Shown: positions 55,129 through 62,790, numbered from the stretch's first letter. The stretch: DNA of 64,000 nucleotides from Synechococcus sp. (GCA_047286285.1 JBJBBP010000001.1:9149-73148), one strand, 5' to 3'. Made by a program: numbers and translations. The notes: a model not told the origin generated them from the sequence alone.

Positions 55129-56168
55129 CAGACTACTTGACAGCTTTCAATATATAGGGATCTCATCAGTGTCTTCAAGTCAGATTTGTCTACGGAGATC
55201 TCCACCTCATCAATGTATTCATTAAGAAGTGTCATGGTATCTTTTGTTTCTAAATCTGCGTCATCAACTCCTTCAGCATCTACTAGTGTCTCAACAATTT
55301 TTACATCATGAGCACCTACGTTGTAAAGGCGATCAACCAGTGTTTCAAACATCTGGTAGTCTCGCTTCTCTTCGACAATGAGTTTGATGAACTTGTCTTT
55401 ATAATCAGATACATCTGATTTGTTGTAGTCATACTTGGCATCATCGTAGAAAATTTTCTCAAAGATTTCATACGGGTTTCTGATAAACTTAAGTCTATCA
55501 CTTTCAGTATCGTAGATATGGAATCCACGAACATCCTTATAATCATTCCAGAACATCTGATAGGGGTTGCCAAGGTATTGAACATTGCCATGTTTTGATT
55601 TGTGATGAAAGTGTCCAGACCAAACACGTTTGAAATTTTTAAAGTCAGAAACTTTAAATCCACCTTCAAATTTCATGCCAGGCGTAACTTCAAAACCATC
55701 ACACTCCATGTGACTACACACAACATCCGCTTCACTCTCATGAATAAATTTCAAAGATTCTTCTTTGTTGCCTGCATTAATCCAAGGAAGCATCAAGAAT
55801 ACTTTCTTACCCATTGAAATTTTTTGTGGTTCAGAATAGATCTTAATGTTACTATACTTCTCTAGTAGTAGTTCTGGTGAATTAATTTTGTTAGTGTTCT
55901 TGTAGTAAGTACAATGATTACCAAGAATCATGTGAACTTCATAATCTTTTAATCGTTGGAAATAATTAGTATCAACACGGTTAAAAGTATTATAGTCCAT
56001 AGACTTTCGGTTATCAAAAGTGTCACCCAAGTCAAAGACGACTTTGATACCTTCTTTTTCAAGAGTTGGAAAAAAGATGTTGTCGTAAAATTTTTGAAAG
56101 TAGTTCCAAAAATGGATGTTTCCTTTTCGTCCATCAAGATGCTGATCAGTTATTATTGCTATCTTCAT
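55128..56168 (-). CDS. g47: Recombination endonuclease subunit (T4 gp47, Mre11/SbcD-like)
   Basis: Phosphoesterase motifs ITDQHLDG, DLGDTFDN, ILGNHCTY, SGHFHH. The start was re-set to ATG 56168 (MKIAIITDQH). The 35-aa track extension looks non-coding. Confidence 0.9.
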   Translation of the reverse strand: MKIAIITDQHLDGRKGNIHFWNYFQKFYDNIFFPTLEKEGIKVVFDLGDTFDNRKSMDYNTFNRVDTNYFQRLKDYEVHMILGNHCTYYKNTNKINSPELLLEKYSNIKIYSEPQKISMGKKVFLMLPWINAGNKEESLKFIHESEADVVCSHMECDGFEVTPGMKFEGGFKVSDFKNFKRVWSGHFHHKSKHGNVQYLGNPYQMFWNDYKDVRGFHIYDTESDRLKFIRNPYEIFEKIFYDDAKYDYNKSDVSDYKDKFIKLIVEEKRDYQMFETLVDRLYNVGAHDVKIVETLVDAEGVDDADLETKDTMTLLNEYIDEVEISVDKSDLKTLMRSLYIESCQVV

Positions 56169-56391
56169 CTTTTTTCCATTCGTTTTTTTCGTAATCAAAT
56201 CTTGGATGCGGTGCAGCAGAAACCACTGGGTCTTTAGTCTTGTTCTTAATAACAATAAACTTATCTGCAGCAAATGTTCCTGCTAGATTGACCTCAATCT
56301 CATCAGTGTCCTTCCAGTTGACAGTACCATCTTTCTTGGTATGTAGCATTGCCTCTTGGATCTTGTCAATGATTTCCTGTGTTAGTTTCAT
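56146..56391 (-). CDS. Hypothetical protein (81 aa)
   Basis: ATG start in an ATGA overlap with the upstream micro-ORF stop. Confidence 0.6.
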   Translation of the reverse strand: MKLTQEIIDKIQEAMLHTKKDGTVNWKDTDEIEVNLAGTFAADKFIVIKNKTKDPVVSAAPHPRFDYEKNEWKKDEDSNNN

Positions 56392-56531
56392 ACTTCAATG
56401 TCGTATTCAATTTCAATAACTTTAGACGATCTTCCCATAGAGTTTGCTCTAGTCAACTTCGTCATCTTACCACCTAGAAGGATGGCTAGTTCTTCCATCC
56501 TTTTAATGATACGTTCTTTAGATTCATTCAT
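56388..56531 (-). CDS. Micro-ORF (47 aa), below the track cut-off
   Basis: MNESKERIIKRMEELAILLGGKMTKLTRANSMGRSSKVIEIEYDIEV. ATGA overlaps at both ends (with 56528..56755 and 56146..56391). Confidence 0.5.
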   Translation of the reverse strand: MNESKERIIKRMEELAILLGGKMTKLTRANSMGRSSKVIEIEYDIEV

Positions 56532-56755
56532 TGAGGTTTATGATCTTTCATTCCGCCATGGTTACCATCACCAGGCAACTTTCCAAACGCTAGGTATTCT
56601 ACTGCTTGTAGAGAACCTTCTAACCTAGTCAAGTCTCTTTGAATTCTAAGATACTCGTCATGTGCTTCTTTTACTTCTGCTAGTCTAGCAGATAATTGAG
56701 TAGTTCTTTTTGTAAAACGCTCGATAAGTTGTTCGTAGTTTTCAGTAGGTTTCAT
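56528..56755 (-). CDS. Hypothetical protein (75 aa)
   Basis: ATG start, helical sequence, coupled to its neighbours. Confidence 0.6.
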   Translation of the reverse strand: MKPTENYEQLIERFTKRTTQLSARLAEVKEAHDEYLRIQRDLTRLEGSLQAVEYLAFGKLPGDGNHGGMKDHKPQ

Positions 56756-56891
56756 GTTTAGTTTTGTTGTAAATTATCACTTTTTTACCGTCATGGGTGA
56801 AGACTAATTCGTCATCATGATCCCAACACAGTTCTTCATAGAGAGCATTAAGCTTTTCCATGTCATCATATAAGGCATTCGGGTCAGGCAT
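56742..56891 (-). CDS. Micro-ORF (49 aa), below the track cut-off
   Basis: MPDPNALYDDMEKLNALYEELCWDHDDELVFTHDGKKVIIYNKTKHETY. The ATG shares 1 nt with the g55 TGA (TGATG). Its stop lies 14 nt inside the next ORF. Confidence 0.5.
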   Translation of the reverse strand: MPDPNALYDDMEKLNALYEELCWDHDDELVFTHDGKKVIIYNKTKHETY

Positions 56892-57400
56892 CAGCGATTC
56901 ATTTTTGTTTCAATGTTTTCTTTAATGCTACCCATATCAGAATAGGAAGCATTCATACCAGACATATTACCTTCATATCTGTCAGTGTGCATAACTTCAT
57001 CATATCCTGACCTTTCTAGGATCTTACCTTTGATCTCTAGTTGCTTTTTCTCCTTCTGGATCCTACGCAAGAATGCATAGTAAATGATCTGAGTGAAGTA
57101 AGCAAAAGGATTCTTAGATTTTTCTGGGTCGAAGTTGTCAATATACTGGAGGCAGTTTTCAATGCCGTCACAGATCATGTCCTCACGGAACATGTAGTTA
57201 ACAAAGTTCGGTTTATACGATAAGTGTGTTGCGATCTTTAGAAAACAACTGCCAAGATAGTTTGTAACTCTTGGGCGAGGTTTATCAGCTTCTCTAGCAG
57301 CATGAACCTTTTGACGATAATCTGTGATCGCAGCAAGAAACTCTTTGTTGTTGACGTAGTATTCGGTCTTTTTTCGTGTCATTACTGCTTTATATGCCAT
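56891..57400 (-). CDS. g55: Late-transcription sigma factor (T4 gp55)
   Basis: YYVNNKEFLAAITDY parallels T4 gp55 YNYVNNKELLQAIIDW. NPFAYFTQIIYYAFLRRIQKEKK parallels [23 protein letters not shown]. ATG 57400 chosen; ATG 57382 (MTRKKTEYY) aligns even better with T4. Confidence 0.88.
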   Translation of the reverse strand: MAYKAVMTRKKTEYYVNNKEFLAAITDYRQKVHAAREADKPRPRVTNYLGSCFLKIATHLSYKPNFVNYMFREDMICDGIENCLQYIDNFDPEKSKNPFAYFTQIIYYAFLRRIQKEKKQLEIKGKILERSGYDEVMHTDRYEGNMSGMNASYSDMGSIKENIETKMNR

Positions 57401-57426
57401 GGGATGGTTACCATTATCATGTCTTA

Positions 57427-57455
57427 ATGGTAGCACATGGAAATGGATTTGTAAA
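57427..57455 (-). promoter_or_regulatory. sigma70-like promoter candidate TTTACA-N17-TACCAT (with TGc extended -10) upstream of g55
   Basis: On the minus strand the -35 is at 57455..57450 and the -10 at 57432..57427. Lies in the 119-nt non-coding gap. Confidence 0.3.
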
Positions 57456-57461
57456 GGGGAC

Positions 57462-57490
57462 TTGACAAACCTCATAAACCTCAGTACAAT
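57462..57490 (+). promoter_or_regulatory. Near-consensus sigma70 promoter TTGACA-N17-TACAAT on the PLUS strand (antisense to all genes)
   Basis: TTGACA at 57462..57467, a 17-nt spacer, TACAAT at 57485..57490. Lies 6 nt from the divergent minus-strand -35 and points into the 3' end of ORF 57520..57918. Confidence 0.4.
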
Positions 57491-57519
57491 TAACCTTGTA
57501 GAGGTTCAGAAGAGATATA

Positions 57520-57918
57520 TTAGCTTTTATTAAAGATATCTTCTAGAGATTTTTTCTTATCTTTTACTGATCCTAGATACCCAGACCCGCGTGGTAACTT
57601 ACCACCTTTACCAGTTAGAGTCCTTCCATTCTCCATTCTCAATAAAGTTTGATTATAAAAATCAACAATAGGACCTTCCAACTCACTAACTGTAATTATG
57701 TGATCTCTGTTTATAATAAACATATTGTCAAAGGTAGCACACATCCATTCCTTGAAAGAAAATCCAGAAATTTCTAACGCACCTCTTCTTTGTTTAGCTG
57801 AATCTACTTGAAGAGGATTTTCTAGCATGACTTTATCTTCATCTTCTAGGTAGACAATCTTAGCGACTATCTCTTCCCCAGTTGTAAGTTTTATTGTTCC
57901 GATAAATTCTTCATCCAT
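57520..57918 (-). CDS. Hypothetical small beta-rich protein, paralog family member 3
   Basis: IGTIKLTTGEEIVAKIVYL..ENPLQV..FKEWMCATFDNMFIINRDHIITVS aligns with ORFs 42054..42404 and 41687..42079. Confidence 0.65.
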   Translation of the reverse strand: MDEEFIGTIKLTTGEEIVAKIVYLEDEDKVMLENPLQVDSAKQRRGALEISGFSFKEWMCATFDNMFIINRDHIITVSELEGPIVDFYNQTLLRMENGRTLTGKGGKLPRGSGYLGSVKDKKKSLEDIFNKS

Positions 57919-57920
57919 AT

Positions 57921-59387
57921 TTAATTTGCTCTAAGGTTTACTTTGATTACCTCATACTTAAAGTTCTCATCATTATAAATGTTAACTCTCTCATTCAAAT
58001 GTTTGAGTGTATAATTTTGACCGCCGATGTTATCAGCAATATCGTACAAGGTTGCTATCTCCTTTCCTTCGCCTTTTCTAAGTACTCTACCAATTGACTG
58101 GAGGTTCCTAATTCTTGATTTAGACGGAGATGCGAATATGATGTTGTGAAGACGTTTAATGTTAATTCCAGTTGAGAAGGTGCCGTAACTGGCAACGATG
58201 ATTGCATTGGATTCTGTTTCTGTAATCTGGCGAACTTCTTCTCTATCTTCAACTTCTGTTCCACCATGAACAAAAAACAGTTTTCGTTCAGGGTCTATGG
58301 TATTATTTATTAACTCGTAAAGTGGCTCTCCGTGCTTCTCTACATAGTTAAAGAGCACAAGAGTGTTTCCTTTCAAATCATTAACTAGATTTTTAATCAA
58401 GTTGTTTCTTCCTTTATGTTCGACAAGATACTCCATCTCGTCATGATATGATTCAAAATATTGAGGAGCGTGGTCACAGAGCAACACTTTAATTCTAAAT
58501 TTGCTAAGATAACCAGACTTGATTAAATCATCTGTTTTAGTAACTCTTTCACAATCACCAAACAATCCTTCTAGTACCCACTTGTGTGTCTTGCTACCAT
58601 CAAGTGTTCCAGTAAAACCAAAACGGTACTTAGCATTGTGTAGTTTAGTCATGATACCTGTCAATGACTTTGACTTGAAGAGATGTGCTTCGTCGCCAAT
58701 TACACAATCAATGTCATCAAAGTATCTTTTAGGAAACTTGTAGATAGACTGCCAAGTAGAAATGATGATTGGTTTATCAGTATTCTTATCCTTACCAGAG
58801 TAAATCTTATGCACAAAATCGTTGGCATTCCACCCGTAAGAAATAAAATCATTGACCATCTGCTCAACGAGGGATGTAGTTGGGACGACTATAAGTATCT
58901 TCTTTGCGGTGGCAGCATAGTATCTGACTATGGAGTAGATCATGAGAGACTTCCCAGATCCCGTAGGAGAAAGAAGTAACTTACGATTGTATTTTAAAGC
59001 TTCGTAAACTGCCTTGTATTGGTATGGACGAGGTTTTATATTGCACACCTTATCCATAAAGTGTTTAACACCAGCAGGAGACACGAATTTATTATCGTCT
59101 TCTACATCTCCGTACCAGTCATTCTTTTCGTACTCTACAGTATATTGTTTTTCATCCGCCCACTCTTGTACATGAGTCATTAGACCATGATATAATTCAC
59201 CTGTGGCAGGAGAGTATAAACGTATGGTTCCATCCCAGTATTTGTATCTAGGATTTTTCTTCAGGAACTTAGCTTCAGGAACCTCAAAGGTGAAGTAGTC
59301 TGACAGTTCTCTATGTACATGCTCTTCTGGAGAATGAATGGTAATATAAACTTCGTTCTTCTTTTTAATACTGAGAGTTGTCATCAT
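57921..59387 (-). CDS. uvsW: DNA/RNA helicase UvsW (SF2)
   Basis: Walker A LLLSPTGSGKS, DEAH box VIGDEAHLF, helicase C-terminal motifs. The ATG at 59387 forms ATGA with the uvsY stop. Confidence 0.9.
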   Translation of the reverse strand: MMTTLSIKKKNEVYITIHSPEEHVHRELSDYFTFEVPEAKFLKKNPRYKYWDGTIRLYSPATGELYHGLMTHVQEWADEKQYTVEYEKNDWYGDVEDDNKFVSPAGVKHFMDKVCNIKPRPYQYKAVYEALKYNRKLLLSPTGSGKSLMIYSIVRYYAATAKKILIVVPTTSLVEQMVNDFISYGWNANDFVHKIYSGKDKNTDKPIIISTWQSIYKFPKRYFDDIDCVIGDEAHLFKSKSLTGIMTKLHNAKYRFGFTGTLDGSKTHKWVLEGLFGDCERVTKTDDLIKSGYLSKFRIKVLLCDHAPQYFESYHDEMEYLVEHKGRNNLIKNLVNDLKGNTLVLFNYVEKHGEPLYELINNTIDPERKLFFVHGGTEVEDREEVRQITETESNAIIVASYGTFSTGINIKRLHNIIFASPSKSRIRNLQSIGRVLRKGEGKEIATLYDIADNIGGQNYTLKHLNERVNIYNDENFKYEVIKVNLRAN

Positions 59388-59857
59388 TGTCCATTTACAA
59401 ATTTCTCCCACTCAATAGCACTCTTGATCTGAAATCCTCTATTGGAAATTTGTTTCATAACCTGATCCAACCAATACAGCATCTGTTCCAGATACTTTAT
59501 CTTCGCCTCAAGGTTGATGATCTCATCATCAGACTCAAGGTAGGTTTTCATTTTCTCAGAAGTTTTTATGTGTGATCCAAATGGTTTTGCTGCGTAGGTT
59601 TTGGCATCTGCCTCACCCGAATAATACTCACGTTTTTCTCTAACCAATTTGCGGATCTCAAATTCCAGTGAAGTTTTGATCTGTTGAATGTCAGTGTAAT
59701 GGTTTAAATATTTATTGTGTTGAAAAGGGATGTCTAATGCAAGTTGTCCCAGATCTGTGCTATATTGTTTGTTCTTGAATTGAAAGTCAACAGCAGAATC
59801 TTCTGCCCAATCATTTCTTAATTTGTCAAATTTATTACGAAGAGATTCAAAATTCAT
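59384..59857 (-). CDS. uvsY: Recombination mediator UvsY
   Basis: REKREYYSGEAD and ISNRGFQIKSAIEWEKF parallel T4 UvsY ARLDYYSGRGD and IKSRGFAIKHIQDMRAF. Position next to uvsW. Confidence 0.8.
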   Translation of the reverse strand: MNFESLRNKFDKLRNDWAEDSAVDFQFKNKQYSTDLGQLALDIPFQHNKYLNHYTDIQQIKTSLEFEIRKLVREKREYYSGEADAKTYAAKPFGSHIKTSEKMKTYLESDDEIINLEAKIKYLEQMLYWLDQVMKQISNRGFQIKSAIEWEKFVNGQ

Positions 59858-60375
59858 AAAGATTGCATAGATTTATCACGAATGAAGAACTGCTGGTGTT
59901 TAAACACTACCTCTGCAGTTATATACTCCACATCACTTATTGTAGCATCAAATTGTAAGTTAGTGAGAGACACAGGAAATAGATCTCTAAACTCTACAAC
60001 GAAAGCTGGGTTGTATTGTGATGTAACAATGTGTAGTTGTCCGTTTGTATAGATGTCTGCCTCAGGTGTAGTTCTTGCCATTTGATCTGCATTACCATTA
60101 TCCCTCATCCACTTGTGAATTGAATAATAATTCTTTAGATCTTCGTCAACAATAAAACGCACAGAAAAATCCCCGAAAGTAACACCGCCACCAGGCACGA
60201 TTGGCAAATTCCTAAAAGGACTTGCTACATCAATACTGGGCATGTTAATGTCAGGGACATTTGCTCCTTGGCAAAAGAAATCTACTCCATCAAACTTTTC
60301 TAGTTTGAGAAGATAACCAATAGGGTTTAGAAAGTTTCTATTACTGGGTTGTTCTTTATACCAGTCAGCAGACAT
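59854..60375 (-). CDS. g3: Tail completion / sheath stabiliser protein (T4 gp3-like), tail-tube-fold family
   Basis: 173 aa. Assigned mainly by synteny (g23 - g3 - uvsY - uvsW in T4-like cyanophages) and a tube-fold-like pattern (GANVPDINMPSIDV..VPGGGVTFGDFSVRFIVDED..YYSIHKWM). Confidence 0.6.
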   Translation of the reverse strand: MSADWYKEQPSNRNFLNPIGYLLKLEKFDGVDFFCQGANVPDINMPSIDVASPFRNLPIVPGGGVTFGDFSVRFIVDEDLKNYYSIHKWMRDNGNADQMARTTPEADIYTNGQLHIVTSQYNPAFVVEFRDLFPVSLTNLQFDATISDVEYITAEVVFKHQQFFIRDKSMQSL

Positions 60376-60397
60376 TTTAATATCTTGAGCTACTTAG

Positions 60398-60405
60398 TAT
60401 TTAGG
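60398..60405 (-). promoter_or_regulatory. Weak late-promoter-like box CCTAAATA
   Basis: Overlaps the TAA of micro-ORF 60401..60580 and ends 22 nt upstream of the g3 ATG. Shares the CTAAATA core with 12888..12895. Confidence 0.3.
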
Positions 60406-60580
60406 GGTTGTTAGGATCCATCCCTAGACCAAGCAAATACTCTTCCCACCATGTAACCTTATGACTTTTCCATAATGGTACAGGTAGTCCTTTCTCCGCA
60501 TAATATTTTTCTATAACTTCATCTATAGTTTCCGCAATCTTCAATTTCCAAATCCTTTTTTGTAAAACGTCCATTCGCAT
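60401..60580 (-). CDS. Micro-ORF (59 aa from ATG 60580; 57 aa from ATG 60574), below the track cut-off
   Basis: M(RM)DVLQKRIWKLKIAETIDEVIEKYYAEKGLPVPLWKSHKVTWWEEYLLGLGMDPNNP. Fills the 207-nt gap between ORF 60583..60909 and g3. Confidence 0.35.
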   Translation of the reverse strand: MRMDVLQKRIWKLKIAETIDEVIEKYYAEKGLPVPLWKSHKVTWWEEYLLGLGMDPNNP

Positions 60581-60582
60581 GG

Positions 60583-60909
60583 TTACATTTGTTTTAATAC
60601 TTCGTCTTTCAATTTATCCACTACATCCTGTACAATACTTACATCAATACCCATGAATGGTGGAATGATTCCCAGTGTTCTGAATAAACCATCAGCAAAC
60701 AGAGCAATAAATGTAAACCCTAATGCCATACTAATCAAACCAGCATTTCTATTGTGCTGATTGATAGCAAACTCAATCATAGCTTCACACTCTTCCCGTG
60801 TAAAAACCTCTTGTTTTTTCTCTATAGGACGAGGAGTTATTACAACCTCAATTTCTTCTTCTACTTTTTTTCTAGAGAGTAAATCTCTACCGTAATTAGA
60901 TAGTACCAT
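60583..60909 (-). CDS. Hypothetical membrane protein (108 aa)
   Basis: ATG start. Hydrophobic segment GLISMALGFTFIALFADGLF. Confidence 0.6.
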   Translation of the reverse strand: MVLSNYGRDLLSRKKVEEEIEVVITPRPIEKKQEVFTREECEAMIEFAINQHNRNAGLISMALGFTFIALFADGLFRTLGIIPPFMGIDVSIVQDVVDKLKDEVLKQM

Positions 60910-60917
60910 GATAGTAG

Positions 60918-61106
60918 TTAATAGTTGTCGTCCTCTTCTTCATCATCATCCCAGACGATGTAAGGACCGTGTTGCATTCTTTTTAATTTCTCTGTCTCTG
61001 AACTAAACCTCATGGTTTCAGTTAACCATAGAGAAATTTTAATTACAAGAAATATCACCAGCATGGGTGATAAACATAGCAATAGTATAACAGATGATTG
61101 ACTCAT
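60918..61106 (-). CDS. Small membrane protein (62 aa) with an acidic C-terminus
   Basis: The ATG at 61106 forms ATGA with the upstream stop (the track start 61112 is TTG). SVILLLCLSPMLVIFLVIKISLW transmembrane helix. DDDEEEDDNY tail. Confidence 0.55.
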   Translation of the reverse strand: MSQSSVILLLCLSPMLVIFLVIKISLWLTETMRFSSETEKLKRMQHGPYIVWDDDEEEDDNY

Positions 61107-61267
61107 TGCCAATACTCGTCAAGGACATCAAACACTCTATTCAAATAATCATTCGCTCCTTTACATTCCCACTCTCCTTTCTCGCCAATCTCACATTTAT
61201 AGTGTAGCTCTCTTTTAAGTTGCATCAACCTATTGGTCATAGCAACCTTGTCTAGTCTGCCGTTCAT
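61103..61267 (-). CDS. Small hypothetical protein (54 aa from ATG 61267)
   Basis: The 5' part of the track ORF (61268..61363) contains the g23 terminator hairpin. The first ATG after the terminator gives MNGRLDKVAMTNRLMQLKRELHYKCEIGEKGEWECKG... Confidence 0.5.
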   Translation of the reverse strand: MNGRLDKVAMTNRLMQLKRELHYKCEIGEKGEWECKGANDYLNRVFDVLDEYWQ

Positions 61268-61301
61268 GTGACATGTCCATTCTGTACTACTATTTAAGCA
61301 T

Positions 61302-61327
61302 AAAAAAAGGGATCCCGTAGGATCCCT
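61302..61327 (-). terminator. Strong rho-independent terminator downstream of g23
   Basis: On the minus strand: AGGGATCC-TACG-GGATCCCT (8-bp perfect stem) followed by TTTTTTT. Lies 39 nt after the g23 stop. A second small hairpin CCTAAC-ATT-GTTAGG lies at 61338..61352. Confidence 0.85.
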
Positions 61328-61365
61328 GTTAGTGTTTCCTAACAATGTTAGGATGTTTTCCACAA

Positions 61366-62790
61366 TTAAGTTAGGTTAGCAACTCTAACTCTTCTGTAAT
61401 ACTGGTTGCGGTTGTGTGTAAGTGCTTCAGCATCAGGTGTGCCATTAGCCTGTACAACAAATGGGTTAGCAACCATACCGTATCTAGTCTTGAAGCCAAT
61501 CTTGGGCTGGAAGGTAGATGGGTCAATGCTTCTGAGCATTTGTAGGGGAACGTATGGGCAGTAGAACAGTCCACTGTCATAAGGTGAAGTACCTTTGTAT
61601 CCAACAACGTAGTAGTGAGTGTTAGAAACGTTTGCAGAGTAAGGATCAACGAAGACCTTAATTCTACCGTTCATTGTACCCACAAGTAGGTTACCTGTGT
61701 CATCAACTTCACCGATGGAAGGACCACCAGCTCCAGTTAGACCAGAAGAGTAGTCAAGAGTACCAGACATAGCAAGAGCACTAGCAACATCAGCAGATGT
61801 GATGATGAAGTTACCCTTCCCTCTACGAGTTTGCTGTGCGATTGCGTTAGCATCTCTTTCAATCTGGAACATAAGTCCCTTGAATTTCTCAACTGACCAT
61901 CTTCCGTTTGAGTCAACGTCTAGGTCAAATACACCAGCGTTGGCAACGTTGTTCTGAGCACCTTGTTTTGCAACAGTGTAAACAGTTCTAACAACTTCAC
62001 GGTTGATTTCTGCAAGGATCTCGCTAGAAAGTAAGTTAGCAAGTTCCTGCTCTGCATCAAGACCGTGAATTGCTTTCAAGTCTTGTGCTAGTTCTAGAGT
62101 GTATTCTGCTTTGAGAGCTCTGGTCTTTGCAGTAACAGAGGTTTTCTCAATGCTGAAGCTCATCTCGTTAAAGAGAGTAGATCCAGAACCAAGTGTTTCA
62201 GCGTCTTCTCTTGCAATGTTGCCTGCTTGACGCTCATAGTTACCAGCAGTTGTACCGCCACCAGTAGCGTCGTTAAGTAAACCTGGGTTAGCATCAGTTG
62301 CTCCACCGTCTCCAAGAGGAGATACAGGATCGTTGTATGCTGCAGGTCCTTGTGAGTTACCAGAGAAGTTTGTATCAGGCTCGTTGTATAGTGCCTCGGA
62401 ACCAGCTCTTAGTGCTGCACCGTTTTCTTGGTAATGTGACTTCATCGCAAAGATTAGTCCAGTAGGACCACTCATTGGTTGAACGCCACAGATGTCGTAT
62501 GCAACAAGGTTAGGCATTGCACGACGGATGAGACTGATCATCACAGGATCGAAACCTGCTAGACCGCCTGTTTTTGTATCAAGTCCAGAACCAGAGAGTG
62601 CGTTTGTACCAATGGCACCAACAGTGTTGGATGCTTCATTGATCATACCACGCTCTTCTCTTAGTTGAGACTCAGTGTTTTCTAACAAAACAGCGGTAAC
62701 AGCCTTTCTATAATTGTCTTTGATGGCACCTGCGCCTTCGTGACTTAGAACAGGGTTCCACTTTTCTGTTAGAGCTTTTGAGTTAAACAT
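61366..62790 (-). CDS. g23: Major capsid protein (T4 gp23)
   Basis: 474 aa. MPNLVAYDICGVQPMSGPTGLIFAMKS and the overall layout are typical of gp23. A strong AAGGAG SD lies 10 nt upstream of the ATG. Confidence 0.92.
   Translation of the reverse strand: MFNSKALTEKWNPVLSHEGAGAIKDNYRKAVTAVLLENTESQLREERGMINEASNTVGAIGTNALSGSGLDTKTGGLAGFDPVMISLIRRAMPNLVAYDICGVQPMSGPTGLIFAMKSHYQENGAALRAGSEALYNEPDTNFSGNSQGPAAYNDPVSPLGDGGATDANPGLLNDATGGGTTAGNYERQAGNIAREDAETLGSGSTLFNEMSFSIEKTSVTAKTRALKAEYTLELAQDLKAIHGLDAEQELANLLSSEILAEINREVVRTVYTVAKQGAQNNVANAGVFDLDVDSNGRWSVEKFKGLMFQIERDANAIAQQTRRGKGNFIITSADVASALAMSGTLDYSSGLTGAGGPSIGEVDDTGNLLVGTMNGRIKVFVDPYSANVSNTHYYVVGYKGTSPYDSGLFYCPYVPLQMLRSIDPSTFQPKIGFKTRYGMVANPFVVQANGTPDAEALTHNRNQYYRRVRVANLT

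Noticed and set aside
56169-57475. N-terminal extensions of g47 (to 56273) and g55 (to 57475), and likewise of the 2OG oxygenase (to 52489), as given in the ORF track.
   Set aside because: The extensions have non-protein-like sequence (for example MLQISLLLLRTRLKTQWFLLHRIQ and MRFVKSPLQIHFHVLPLRHDNGNHP), overlap upstream genes or regulatory hairpins, and precede ATGs that align with the T4 protein N-termini.
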